NCBI GenBank assembly: GCA_965204345.1
Contig: OZ241981.1
Coordinates: 448,001 to 512,000, forward strand
Length of the DNA: 64,000 bases
Source: Nitrosopumilus sp.
GTDB lineage: Archaea > Thermoproteota > Nitrososphaeria > Nitrososphaerales > Nitrosopumilaceae
Direction of reading: 5' to 3'
The position numbers were made by a program, and so were the translations under genes. This document shows, piece by piece, positions 35,301 through 41,421 of the stretch. Each line of letters begins with the position of its first letter. Position 1 is the first letter of the stretch. A model generated the notes under the pieces. That model had not been told where the DNA came from. It ran no database searches and worked only from the letters and a program-made list of their open reading frames with translations.

Positions 35301-36331
35301 CCGCTTACCACTATGCCGTCAGGATAACTAACAGATACTGTTGCAGAAGAGACATCAGAAGTAACCTCTACAGCAGAATCAGAGACTCTCACGCTCTTGA
35401 CTCCGTCCTGATCATCAAACGTTGGGGCAGTGGTAAAGTCAAGCAGCTGGCCATCACTGGCAGTAATGGTGTCAGGCAGTGTGTCAAATATTACATTGAG
35501 TGTACTCAGATCAGAGGATGGTGCAAATGCTACTATGCCAGTAGCATCATCATCACCGTCGCTTCCGATTGGAACATTGGCCTCAATGACAGTTCCAGTA
35601 ATTACATTGGTAAAGGTAGATGGCACTGATGAGAAAAAATCAGCAGAGGTTGCAGACGGCAAGACATCAATTCTAACAGTGTTCTCCCCTTCTTTTAATA
35701 ATCCAGAATTGACTTGAATATCATAGCTTGCTTTTGTGTCTGCACCCAGTGGGTTAGATGATAGTCCACGCCCGTAAGAGCCATCGCCTAAGACGCCAGT
35801 GCCAAACTCATTTGCAAAGTTACCATAGCCAAAACCGCCAAAGTTACCATAGCCAAAGTCGCCAGGACTGCCATCTAAGGCATTGGCACTAATGCCATCA
35901 AAGTTTAATGCCACAATCTTACCCTCAACGTCTGCTGTTTGTCCAAAGTTTGCAGCAATGGTGTTTGAGAGACGGTTGCCAGACAAATCAAAGAATGCAA
36001 CGACCTCATCAGAGTCACCGGGGTTGAGAACCACTCTGAGAACAGAGACATCAGCAAGTAGTGTCTCTGAATTAAATGAGGAACCATCATCGGCTGTAAA
36101 GCTTATTCCGTTTTCAGCAGGATTTCTGACGACAAGTTCCATGGACAGCATGTCATCAACATCAGCAAGCACGCCGCCGGTAAAATCAACAAAGGTTTCA
36201 GTATCATCCAAAGATATGGTCACAGCATCAATTCCAGGATATGGCGAGAAAAGCACGGCAAATAGGGCTATTGCCACTACTAGTGCCCCAAGCTCTCGTT
36301 TAGACTTTAATTTAGCTATAATACTTACCAT
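20354..36331 (-). CDS. Giant surface/adhesin-like protein 2 (5325 aa): signal/anchor, GYG-rich segment, HFS domain, roughly 40 Ig-like repeats with three Cys-containing cadherin-like pairs, second HFS domain, poly-Gly linker, duplicated C-terminal domain
   Basis: Complete ORF with repeats PTV..FTATFSEDV..F...DITVTGTANG..YTFDV..DLAGN.N.AS (bacterial Ig-like type) and F.DPDGD.L.Y motifs. The repeat count is an estimate. Confidence 0.93.
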   Translation of the reverse strand: MVSIIAKLKSKRELGALVVAIALFAVLFSPYPGIDAVTISLDDTETFVDFTGGVLADVDDMLSMELVVRNPAENGISFTADDGSSFNSETLLADVSVLRVVLNPGDSDEVVAFFDLSGNRLSNTIAANFGQTADVEGKIVALNFDGISANALDGSPGDFGYGNFGGFGYGNFANEFGTGVLGDGSYGRGLSSNPLGADTKASYDIQVNSGLLKEGENTVRIDVLPSATSADFFSSVPSTFTNVITGTVIEANVPIGSDGDDDATGIVAFAPSSDLSTLNVIFDTLPDTITASDGQLLDFTTAPTFDDQDGVKSVRVSDSAVEVTSDVSSATVSVSYPDGIVVSGSSDDWAGTITVPSVSTAAPPASNDVVGLVFSVGDGNNRLTFDQAVRLLLPGQAEQDGAFFSGEDADGNAVSQPLAECSFVPVNQATANANLEAGTALESCFTRAGSDMIIWTTHFSSFGSFTASEPVPTVLLSTTANPINNLDTIPFTATFSGDVEDFELADITVTGTANGGSPVTSNLVGSGTEYTFDVVRGTTDGTVTVSIAAGTVTSGGVEVTASNEITVEIDTQRPTVALSAPNITNSNTITFTATFSEDVQNFELGDITVNGTANSDSPVASNLRGEGSVYTFDVLRGSSDGTVTASIDEDLAADLAGNLNVASAPVTTTMDTSAPTVSVSSSEGRFSSLSTVPFTVTFDEDVRNFELADITVTGTANGGTLAAASFVTVNARTYTFDVARGTTDGTVIVSINADVAEDLANNSNTASRPVTITIDTSPGQRPIPIITTADDFTNLEVVQFTVTFNKNAFGFHPLDLDVSGTANGGNPEAPSINTIVNERVYTFDVARGSSDGTITVFVKDQAAIDDTDEFFSTASNTVTVTIDTAPLTVSVDTDIGDSTNSDTIPFTATFNKDVRNFELNDITVTGTANGGSPVASNLQTVDARTYTFDVARGTTDGTVAVLIDANVTADLADNPNTASAPVTVTINTLVPTVTITPADGTITSDDPVTFTATFSKDVRNFELGDITVTGTANGGTPAASNFVTVDASTYTFDVARGTTDGTVTASIAADVAADSADNPNTASAPVTVTIDTLVPTVTITPADGTITSDDPVTFTATFSKDVRNFELGDITVTGTANGGTPTASNFVTVDASTYTFDVARGTTDGTVTASIAADVAADSAGNSNTASAPVTVTIDTLVPTVTITPADGTITSDDPVTFTATFSEAVRNFELGDITVTGTANGGSPAASNFVTVDARTYTFDVARGTTDGTVTASIAADVAADSAGNSNTVSAPVTVIIDTFAPTVSVSSSAGSSTGLDTVPFTVEFSEDVREFILGDITLSGTANGGTLTASNFVTVDARTYTFSVAGISSDGTVIVFIAANVAADLAGNSNIASVPATVTVDTNIPTVSLDTTVADPTNSETIDFTATFSEDVTEFIADDIVVTIDGFTITPVSDLITAFSGNGTDYAFTVTHGIIAGGQLTVTIPANAVVEGNTASDTTTFTVDRIVPTVTITPVNGTTTSDNPVTFTATFSEDVENFELTDITVTGTANGGSPVASNFVTVDARTYTFDVARGTTDGTVAVLIDANVTADLAGNPNTASAPVTVTATLAPQSLPLIPDVPPTVILVNLSESQSFSVEQYFEDPNGDTLTFLNAITTCTGDLTSPGPLSDTFSFVPQSAQSCALFFDISDGKDVSTGRAYSINIDIVPDQPPSPLTLVRFIQVFNNQTDPVVIDINNYYTDNNPLRVNVDSVSSSCAHTVSQLTPHSFAFTGPEFSTSTIRCDVDFTIIDVGRTLDTTVSVFYRPEPVPHISTTADDFTSLDVVPFTVTFSQSIFGLHVNDFRITGTANGGNPVVSNLRTIDADEYTFEVARGSSDGTITAFLPGATVTHLGDDEVLNTDSNSVTVTVDTTAPGVSVDGVSFNRFATFSTIPFIVTFTEDVTGFELSDIVISGDVNGGNPVASNFEIVDSTTYTFDVERAPEDGTVPLPFTVSIPANAASDRAGNPNTVFPTTEFTSDLAPVATITPDVGPLTNADRVRFAVELSEAVTFTPLSLFVSGTANGGSPAISNFEGSGTSYAFEIARGSSDGTISVVIPALVLDQSGAPNPEPIGPVTVTIDQTKPTVTVASDVGTHTEFDTVPFTVTFSEDVDEFELGDITVNGTANGGNPAISNFATVDGRTYTFDVVRGSTDGTVTVSIAADVATDDANNLNTASAPVTVTIDTRVISVSLDTTASDPTNLVTIPFTASFSGNVTEFILSDITVAIDGTDTPGLVDTFSGSGREYDFTVTHGITTQGQLTVTIPDGVTVESNNEGALTITVDRVRPSVSITPADGTTTGDDPVTFTATFDEDVQNFVVGDITVTGTANGGTPTATNFATVDARTYTFDVARGSTDGTVTASIAADVAADLAGNLNTASAPVTVTIDTVAPQVHVGSTAGSITSLTTIPFTATFTKSVVNFELGDITVTGTANGGSPAATNFATVDGRTYTFDVLRGSTDGTVTVSIPADVATDTLGNSNTASPRSVTVTIDGTSTNLLPPIPTVPPVITLEYPTLASQSISLSDHFVDPDGDVITFEDLSDLCQGDLSTGSEFLFSSTTAETCILTFNISDGTHTSTDSPYSVTLNVIEDPAPIPGDLTIQVQPGQSRTVNINPNNLYDDNKQLTIVFASWDSFDCDAFDVTDFTPTNFYFIPANEFVTADVCTLEITISDGNREIDTAITIQYLSDPTASITTTADPITNLAAIPFTATFSEDVTEFIRDDIVVAINGTDTSGLISAFSGSGADYTFTVTHGIITQGELTVTIPAGAVAEGNTASTHTLTVDRISPSVSITPVDGTTTSDNPVTFTATFSEDVENFELGDITITGTANGTNPAATNFVTVDGSTYTFDVARGTTDGTVTAFIAAGVVADLAGNSNTASAPVTVTIDTEALTVSVTTTAGDTTNLATVPFTVTFGKAVEDFELADITVEGTANGGTLTASGFAAVDASTYTFNVAGIASDGTVIVSIAADVATDDAENTNMASAPVTVTIDTIVPTVTITPADGTRTSDNPVTFTATFSEDVQNFILDDITVTGTVNGTNPTATNFATVDARTYTFDVARGSSDGTVIPSIAADVATDLAGNSNTASAPVTVTIDTEALIVSVITTAGENTNLDTVPFTVTFNKPVADFVLADITVTGTANGGTPAASNLAGSGNQYTFDIVRGSSDGTVIVSIAADVATDLAGNSNTASAPVTVTIDTNVPSVSVTTTASDLTNSETVSFTATFSEDVTQFVQSDIVVAINGTDTPGLISAFNGSGTDYTFTVTHGITTQGELTVTIPDGAVAEGNTASTHTLTVDRIRPSVSITPVDGTTISDNSVTFTATFSEDVENFELGDITITGSANGTNLVASNFVTVDGSTYTFDVARGTTDGTIIPSIAADVATDLAGNTNTASAPVTVTVDTNVPSVSVTTTASDPTNSETVSFTATFSEDVTQFVQSDIVVAINETDTSGLITAFTETSGTQYDFTVTHGITTQGELTVTIPANAVVEGNTASTHTLTVDRIRPSVSITPVNGTTTSDNSVTFTATFSEDVQNFVLTDITVTGTANGTNPVASNLLGTGSVYTFDVARGTTDGTVIPSIAADVAADLAGNLNTASASVTVTIVDTTVSNFLPPVPAVPPVITLEHPTLTPPTFSLDDHFTDPDGDTLSYTITTEDCGARITQESNGGIFEFLPFNAHTCTISFDISDGTDASTDGAYAVTIMVKEDPRPTERTNLNIVVQPDQSRTVVLDVNELFEDNKELAFSATGHSSNDCTSAIITVQDPPTTLSFDPNDDSAEQCEIRVRVNDGNRDTGYNVTIQYVSAVTVSLSTTANPITNLETIPFTATFSRDVTGFVQSDIAVAINGTDTPNLISAFSGSGADYTFTVTHGITTGGELTVTIPVNAVAEGNTASTTTTLTVDRIVPTVSITPVDGTITGDDPVTFTATFSEDVQNFELGDITVTGTANGGTPAASNFVTVDASTYTFDVARGTTDGTVIPSIAADVATDLAGNSNEVSAPVTVTIDSTIQSVSLSTTAADPTNSETVEFTATFSGDVTGFVQSDIVVAIDGIPASNSLITAFSGSGADYTFTVTHGIAAEGELTVTIPDGAVAEGNTASTHTLTVDRIDPSVTITPANGTTTRDDPVTFTVEFSEDVQDFVLSDITVSGFANDGSPTASNFVTVNARTYTFDVARGSTDGTVNVLIDEGELTDLAGNPNTGSNSVTVTIDTVPLTVSVTTTAGDNTNLATIPFTATFNKDVGDFDLTDITVTGTANGGSPVASDLGGTGSVYTFDVLRGTTDGTVTVSIDALKATDAAGNSNEASAQITVTIDTIAPTVSVSSSIGSSTGLDTVPFTVTFSEDVQNFELGDITVTGTANGTNPVASNFVPVDARTYTFDVARGTSDGTIIPSIAADVAADLAGNSNTASVPVTVTIDTTVPYVSLSTNAADPTNSDTISFTATFSEDVTEFVESDITVAIDGVPSDTPGSLISAFSGSGADYAFTVTHGITTGGELTVTIPDDVVTDGNTDAVHIITVDMVRPSVSITPADGITTTSDDQVTFTATFSEDVQNFELGDITVTGTANSGNPVASNIGGDGSVYTFNVARGSTDGTIVVSIAADVAADLAGNLNTASAPVTVTINTTGDTIEDNIPLGSDVVRTYLASSNLITLNVIHDTLPETIFTTDGQLLDFNGAPTFGTANPTVPKSVTISDSVTVVNSTLSDSQTVTVTYPANVVVSDSSGDWTGRIAVPSLSTGTVTPPTPNDEIGLAFSVGDDNTRLTFDQAVRLLLPGQASYEGAFFSEEVADGVVDSRSLVVCPFVPVNQTTANTNLEAGTALESCFVRDGSDMIIWTTHFSSFGSFSTVPVEPTPSTPSSSRSGGGGGGGGGGGGGASLPSSGSSVANGASAAVLYDVQWDVCEANTINVIAGPATDNLSVKLRTYAGVITAERSDEQSHPGRISFDASLSPNESFVHVQVENIVSRGISTDSKSLNITECSGSVSVNTYESSSPVITGGSAVVTPDQPSSTADLPTDTMPDIQTVPIPGLTPVQTPQLVREFLADFTDITNDNTGMRLTDFQTLQSNPDKYAETVLGISGQTVTTVALTDRPGSEESNNNANLFLQISSSDDMVNSMRGVLLGGDTIEIVAGDGSRTIVPTSAEIAIASEDAVVVSQKSGMKINDRTTQVDLPDVLKEFLNTNIEFTNEDTGETLTQYMVLQSVPDVFAEKELGISGQTVTTIAFPDRYGREDSNDDLNVFVQFTHTDEQVNSLRGIQQGGNAISVSTNGVEQGILTQTVEIPLG
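32450..33500. repeat. About three near-identical 312-bp (104-aa) tandem Ig units within giant gene 2
   Basis: tgatggtgccatcggcaggtg recurs at 32701, 33013 and 33325. Confidence 0.85.
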
Positions 36332-36355
36332 ATTTCTAATCCTTTAAAATTAGAG

Positions 36356-36364
36356 TTAATAAAA
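36356..36364 (-). promoter_or_regulatory. Putative TATA box (TTTTATTAA) of giant gene 2
   Basis: Lies 25 bp upstream of ATG 36331. Confidence 0.5.
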
Positions 36365-36384
36365 ATAACTAATACATCTGAATA

Positions 36385-36456
36385 ATTTTTAAGAAAATGA
36401 TCTCTGATAGTTTGCAGTTAAATTCCAGCGATCAGATCATCAAAATTTACAGAACT
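36385..36456 (-). mobile_element. Partial MITE-like element copy
   Basis: Reverse complement gttctgtaaattttgatgatctgatcgctggaatttaac...agagatcattttctta matches 54147-54213 and 52992-53054. Confidence 0.65.
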
Positions 36457-36609
36457 ATCCGTTGCATTACCGTGTTTGCCTTAAAATCATCAGGATTTGC
36501 TTTGATGTGGCTGTTTTCTCCAGTCCCTGATCAGACCAGAGAGATAATCTCATCACGCCAAATAAACATCAGTTTGAAAATTAGAAAACACCCCAAGATT
36601 CAACAATGT

Positions 36610-36655
36610 TCCAAACTTGTCGCTCATGCCTGTCCCTTATGAAGGCAGCAGAACC
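36610..36655. mobile_element. MITE-like end relic (second end type)
   Basis: caaacttgtcgctcatgcctgtcccttatgaaggcagcagaacc resembles caaatttatctctcgtgcctattcctcatgaacgcaacagaacc at 54259-54302. Confidence 0.55.
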
Positions 36656-36670
36656 GAATTTTAGGCACAT

Positions 36671-37318
36671 CTACCATACAACATGCACAAGATCTTTGAG
36701 ATTTCTTCGGGGTTTAGGGAATTTGGTCTGTTTGGGATACCCTATACAAAGTACAGATGAGGGAACAAGGTCAGTTTCAATTGCATCCATGACTTTTTGC
36801 TCATCAAACATTCCAATCCAAATCGAACTTAACCCCAAGGCCTGAGCTGCAAGTTGAGAGTATCCGGCAGCAAGGGTGGCATCCTGAATAGCAAATTTTT
36901 TTAAAACATACTCAGGAAAATCAAATTTTACCCTGGAGGGATTTTTACAAAATACCAATACGACTGGGGCATCAACGTACGGCTGATTATTGCATGCCTG
37001 AACAAGGAGCTTCTTTTTTTGGGGACTCTTAATGTAGAAAATTTCAAACCCCTGGTAATTTCCGGCAGTCGGGGCAGTGTCAGCTGCTGCAATAATCTTA
37101 TCAATCTTTATGGTTTCAACTGGCTTATCCAAAAATTTCCGAGTTGAGCGTCTCTTTGCCATAACAGCAAACAAATCAGTATCGACAACCTCAGTGGGCC
37201 CGGACTTTAGAATGAAATCAAGCAGGCTGTTTCTCACATCATTATCAGCAACGTTTGGAGCTTCTTGTGGCTCATATCCCAAGGGATAGATTTTCTCACC
37301 ATCCTTTTGAGAATCCAT
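36671..37318 (-). CDS. Nitroreductase family protein
   Basis: RRSTRKF, APTAGNYQ and QLAAQALGLSSIWIG motifs. Confidence 0.9.
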   Translation of the reverse strand: MDSQKDGEKIYPLGYEPQEAPNVADNDVRNSLLDFILKSGPTEVVDTDLFAVMAKRRSTRKFLDKPVETIKIDKIIAAADTAPTAGNYQGFEIFYIKSPQKKKLLVQACNNQPYVDAPVVLVFCKNPSRVKFDFPEYVLKKFAIQDATLAAGYSQLAAQALGLSSIWIGMFDEQKVMDAIETDLVPSSVLCIGYPKQTKFPKPRRNLKDLVHVVW

Positions 37319-37386
37319 AAAAACATTAGAAAAAATACACTATTAAAGAATTAGAAAATTCCCAGTGATGACAACAGCAGCAACAG

Positions 37387-37572
37387 TCACTCTGCCTCAA
37401 ACATATCGCAGCCAAAAGTGCACGGCTTATTCATCACTCCCTCACATGCACCCAAGTCATCATGCATGATTCTATGGTGACCACAGGTCTTACATTTTTC
37501 CCGAAAATGGGAAATCAGCTCAGCAGTAGAGATGCCAGATTCCCGGATTTTCAATAGAGTTTCTTCGGCCAT
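37387..37572 (-). CDS. Small Cys/His metal-binding hypothetical protein
   Basis: CKTCGH..H...C......C..GC. Confidence 0.55.
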   Translation of the reverse strand: MAEETLLKIRESGISTAELISHFREKCKTCGHHRIMHDDLGACEGVMNKPCTFGCDMFEAE

Positions 37573-37796
37573 AATGGGATTGGATAATCAAGTTAGTTTA
37601 AACATTTTGAACAAATATCTAATAGGAGACAAAAGGAAGAAAGACTCGTGAGCATCATAAAATATATCAACAAAATGAGTCATCGCAAATTCTACTTGAT
37701 ATTTGGAACATCCAGCATAGTTGCGTTTTATTTGCTTTTTACAAACTGTTATCAATTGTACGGGGAGCACTGTTTTTACGTTCCATAAAATGCAAA

Positions 37797-37903
37797 GCAA
37801 CAAATGCCAACTTGCTAGAAAAATTATCAAACTCAGATTGCCTTGAGCGTTTACACCAGTTGCCTTTGCACCAAATGCTAATTTACTAGAAAAATTATCA
37901 GAC
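37797..37903. repeat. 36-bp direct repeat (31/36 identical) flanking a 35-bp unique insert
   Basis: gcaacaaatgccaacttgctagaaaaattatcaaac (37797-37832) and gcaccaaatgctaatttactagaaaaattatcagac (37868-37903). Confidence 0.8.
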
Positions 37904-37904
37904 A

Positions 37905-38096
37905 GTGTTGATTAAGCCAGATAAAGAATCAGACAGATATCAAACAGTAATAGTTGAGTCAAAAGTCAGGGAGGGGATATTTCACAAAGTCATCAAGGAC
38001 TTGGAAAGTGGAAAGGCCGTCTCATGTTCTTGCAAGTGCTGGAGTAAGGGAAACAAGCCCTGTGTGGCCATGAGAACTATTGGTTATAAAGAGTGA
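37905..38096 (+). CDS. Small SWIM-like zinc-binding hypothetical protein (mobile-element-like)
   Basis: VESKVREGIFHKV...SCSCKCW....PC pattern. Confidence 0.5.
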   Translation: MLIKPDKESDRYQTVIVESKVREGIFHKVIKDLESGKAVSCSCKCWSKGNKPCVAMRTIGYKE

Positions 38097-38266
38097 GAAA
38101 TGTCAGGTTGTGTGCCATGAAAGGAGATTCACATGCTCAATGTCAGGACTGTGGGGGGCAATGCACATATTCAAAACATCGCATGCAAACTCATGCAGAA
38201 TATCTGAAAAGACACAGGTGTCCAAAGTGCGGGAATTTTGCGCTGAAAACTAGGAGTTTGGGGACG

Positions 38267-38373
38267 GCTTGATTGCAAGTGAAACTGTTATCTGATTTTG
38301 AGTTGAGGACCAGCCATATTTTGAGGCACTAGTCAGAGCTTGATTGCAAGTGAAACTGTCATCTGATTTTGAG
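38267..38373. repeat. 36-bp direct repeat (35/36) flanking a 35-bp unique insert
   Basis: gcttgattgcaagtgaaactgt(t/c)atctgattttgag at 38267-38302 and 38338-38373. Confidence 0.95.
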
Positions 38374-38376
38374 GGC

Positions 38377-38486
38377 TCTTGTGTCAATAAAGGCGCCGAG
38401 AGAGGGATTCGAACTATTGTTTCTAATCTGAACTTTAGGTTATTATGATCTTGTGTCAATAAAGGCGCCGAGAGAGGGATTCGAAC
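38377..38486. repeat. 36-38-bp perfect direct repeat of the tRNA-Ser 3' end flanking a 34-36-bp insert
   Basis: tcttgtgtcaataaaggcgccgagagagggattcgaac at 38377-38414 and 38449-38486. Confidence 0.95.
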
Positions 38487-38547
38487 CCCCGCACGCTTGC
38501 GCGTAGCCGTTTTCGAGACGGCCGCCGTACTACTTGGCTATCTCGGC
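38466..38547 (-). tRNA. tRNA-Ser(CGA)
   Basis: GCCGAGA/TCTCGGC acceptor stem, anticodon loop CTCGAAA, long variable arm, GGTTCGAATCC T-arm, G discriminator. Confidence 0.96.
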
Positions 38548-38596
38548 ACCTATTATGGGATTGTCTCCATAATAAAACGAATAGATGAGTTTAGGC

Positions 38597-38902
38597 CTAA
38601 TCAATGTCAAATAATTCGTCTCTGAATTTCTTTTTGATTTGATCCCGTGTTCTAACCCACTCTTCGTCAGTTACAGTGTCTGTAAAAATGGAATGAAACC
38701 CGTCAAATTTCGGATTATTCAGTATTGCAATGATTTCCCGTCTTTCAAATTGTGTAAAAGGAAAATAAGAGACAATGGCTGAAACAGAATCATCGGATTG
38801 ACGGATTTCAAATATTTTATCTTGTAAATTGGGCGGAAATCTTTGTTGGGACACTTGATTTTGAATTTGCTTGCATAGTAAATATGATTTTAAAGACAGC
38901 AA
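38597..38902 (-). CDS. Conserved hypothetical protein
   Basis: 101-aa ORF divergent from fen; start codon uncertain. Confidence 0.6.
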   Translation of the reverse strand: MLSLKSYLLCKQIQNQVSQQRFPPNLQDKIFEIRQSDDSVSAIVSYFPFTQFERREIIAILNNPKFDGFHSIFTDTVTDEEWVRTRDQIKKKFRDELFDID

Positions 38903-38963
38903 ATAAGATACCGATCAGTTCCAAAGGATAAACACAAAATAGATGAAAAATCCATGGGATCTC

Positions 38964-39983
38964 ATGGGATTAAATCTCAAAGACCTAGTCACAAGAGAAA
39001 AGACAACGCTGGATGCATTTTCAAACAAAATCATAGCCATAGATGCATACAATGCAATTTACCAGTTTTTAGCAAGCATCAGAGGTCCGGATGGCCTGCA
39101 GCTTACAGATGCAGAGGGAAGAATAACCAGCCACCTCAGCGGATTGTTTTATAGAAATGTGAACTTTCTCTCGCTGGGAATCAAGCCGGTTTATGTTTTT
39201 GACGGCAAGCCGCCATCACTTAAAACGGCAGAAATTGAACGAAGAAAACAGATCAAAAGAGATGCCACTGTAAAATATGAAAAGGCAGTTGCAGAAGGCA
39301 ACATGGAGGATGCAAGAAAATATGCACAGCAGACAACCAGCATGAGGGACGGGATGGTAAAAGAGTCAAAGCAGTTTCTCACGTATTTTGGAATTCCATA
39401 TATTGATGCGCCCTCAGAAGGAGAGGCAACTGCAGCACACCTAACAAATACGGGACAGGCATATGCATCTGCAAGCCAGGACTATGACTCTATTTTATGC
39501 GGAACCAAAAGGCTGGTCAGGAATTTTACAAGCAGCGGAAGAAGAAAAATTCCAAACAGAAATACATACATCGACGTGGTGCCAGAAATCATCAAAACTC
39601 AGAAAACTTTGGATGCAATTGAAATGACAAGGGAAGAATTAATTGACGTGGGAATTTTAATTGGAACAGACTTTAATCCAAATGGTTTTGAGAGAATTGG
39701 GCCAAAGACTGCAATAAAACTAATCAGGCAGCATTCAAGACTGGAGGATATTCCACAAATTCAAGAACAGCTAGAAGAAATAGACTTTGAGCAAATAAGA
39801 AAAATATTCCTAGACCCGGATGTGGCAGACGTGGATGAAATCGTGTTTGGAGAAGCAGACGACATAGGAATTACAAAATATCTAAAGGAAAGAAGTTTTT
39901 CAGAAGAGAGAATTCAGTCTACACTAAACAGATTGAAAAAGGCACTGGAAAAAAAGAGTCAGAATCTAGACCAGTGGTTTTAG
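38964..39983 (+). CDS. fen: Flap endonuclease 1
   Basis: [38 protein letters not shown] and C-terminal PIP box QNLDQWF. Confidence 0.97.
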   Translation: MGLNLKDLVTREKTTLDAFSNKIIAIDAYNAIYQFLASIRGPDGLQLTDAEGRITSHLSGLFYRNVNFLSLGIKPVYVFDGKPPSLKTAEIERRKQIKRDATVKYEKAVAEGNMEDARKYAQQTTSMRDGMVKESKQFLTYFGIPYIDAPSEGEATAAHLTNTGQAYASASQDYDSILCGTKRLVRNFTSSGRRKIPNRNTYIDVVPEIIKTQKTLDAIEMTREELIDVGILIGTDFNPNGFERIGPKTAIKLIRQHSRLEDIPQIQEQLEEIDFEQIRKIFLDPDVADVDEIVFGEADDIGITKYLKERSFSEERIQSTLNRLKKALEKKSQNLDQWF

Positions 39984-40188
39984 ATTACAAATTCATCCCA
40001 TCATACTTTAAAAAAAACAAAAGAGGTCATAGAGCTATCCATTGCACGATATGCATCAAAAAAATCCTTCAGAATTTGTGCCCAAATTATGTTTGATAAT
40101 CTTACAGCAGCTATTGTAATAGCACTTGCAGCAATGCATGTTGAATTTTTTGTACTAATAATAAAACTCGGGGATTATCAAAATAAAG

Positions 40189-40404
40189 TCATGGGGCATA
40201 AGTCCCTGTTTTGAGAATTGCCAATCTGATTTTCTTGTTCCAATCAAGAATCTGATTGGAATAGTCATCAATATCATCATTCTGTATTGTTTGTTTAGAC
40301 CTCATCCTCATCTCAAAGAATACTTTGGCAAAGATTACACATGACATGATTAAAAATATCTTAAAAAACCAACTAGTTTCATCTGGTTTCAAGCGTATAA
40401 GCAT
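40189..40404 (-). CDS. Small hypothetical protein
   Basis: ORF only; start uncertain. Confidence 0.35.
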   Translation of the reverse strand: MLIRLKPDETSWFFKIFLIMSCVIFAKVFFEMRMRSKQTIQNDDIDDYSNQILDWNKKIRLAILKTGTYAP

Positions 40405-40433
40405 TTTTATATTTAAAATTTGGAAATTAAATA

Positions 40434-41105
40434 ATGGAATATGAGATTGTGAAAAATCCCATGGGACTAATTGAATTTACACTAAACAGGGATGAAAAAA
40501 TTACAGCAGAGGCCGCTGCCATGGTTTTCATTAAGGGTAACATTAGAACTGAAACTAGAATGAGAAAGGGCGGATTTTTAAAATCACTCAAGGCCGCGGC
40601 GTTTGGGGGGGAATCATTTTTTGTAAACGAGTTCACAGCAGATGAGAATGATTGTAAGCTCGGACTGACAGGAAATATGCTAGGAGATATTGAGGTACTA
40701 GATGTTAATGAGGAGTTTATAGTTCAATCAGGTGCATTTGTAGGCTCTACTACAGATTTAACACTAGATACCAAATGGCAGGGATTCACCAAAGGGATCT
40801 TCGGCAGCAACCTATTCATGCTAAAAACAGTCGGAACCGGAAAAATGTTTGTTAATGCATGGGGAGGAATTGTTAAGAAAAAGCTAGAATCAGGAGAAAG
40901 GATGATTCTTGACAACTATCAACTAGTTGCACTAAGTTCCACGGCAGATTACAGAGTAACAAAGCATGGCAGCCTTAAAACAACACTGTTTGGGGGAGAA
41001 GCCCTAGTCATAGAGATAATTGGCCCGGGAACAGTATACATACAGACAAAGAACATTATGGAATTTGCCAGGGCACTAATTCCATTTCTCCCAAGACGGA
41101 ATTAA
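40434..41105 (+). CDS. AIM24 / TIGR00266 family protein
   Basis: ITAEAAAMV, FGGESFFVN, FGGEALV and GPGTVYIQT motifs. Confidence 0.9.
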   Translation: MEYEIVKNPMGLIEFTLNRDEKITAEAAAMVFIKGNIRTETRMRKGGFLKSLKAAAFGGESFFVNEFTADENDCKLGLTGNMLGDIEVLDVNEEFIVQSGAFVGSTTDLTLDTKWQGFTKGIFGSNLFMLKTVGTGKMFVNAWGGIVKKKLESGERMILDNYQLVALSSTADYRVTKHGSLKTTLFGGEALVIEIIGPGTVYIQTKNIMEFARALIPFLPRRN

Positions 41106-41421
41106 TAAAATCAAAAATAAGGAAATTGTTAAAGCATCAGCAATGCCATCCTAGAAAAATATTTGTCATGAGAGCATGTTTTCATAGGAAATTACATCTT
41201 GAGATTGAATTTAAAAAAAAATATACATAATGCAATTTGTTAAATACGGGAAACCCTCGTAAAAAAACAAAAGGAATAAAGATGAACAAAGATGATTACT
41301 TAAATCCAGCAGGCCAGAATTGTAACAGACACTTTTTAAAAACAAGAAATGAGAGAGGGGACATTCCTTTACAACCCTAAAGGTAATCTATATTGCATTA
41401 AGAATTTTTCCAATACTTTTT

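Noticed and set aside
20406-36347. Plus-strand ORFs up to 591 aa
   Set aside because: They are antisense shadows of the 5325-aa gene caused by its biased codon usage.
38377-38486. attL/attR of an integrated provirus at tRNA-Ser
   Set aside because: Only 34-36 bp lie between the copies and no integrase is nearby; the geometry matches the four other non-tRNA events. Not fully excluded.
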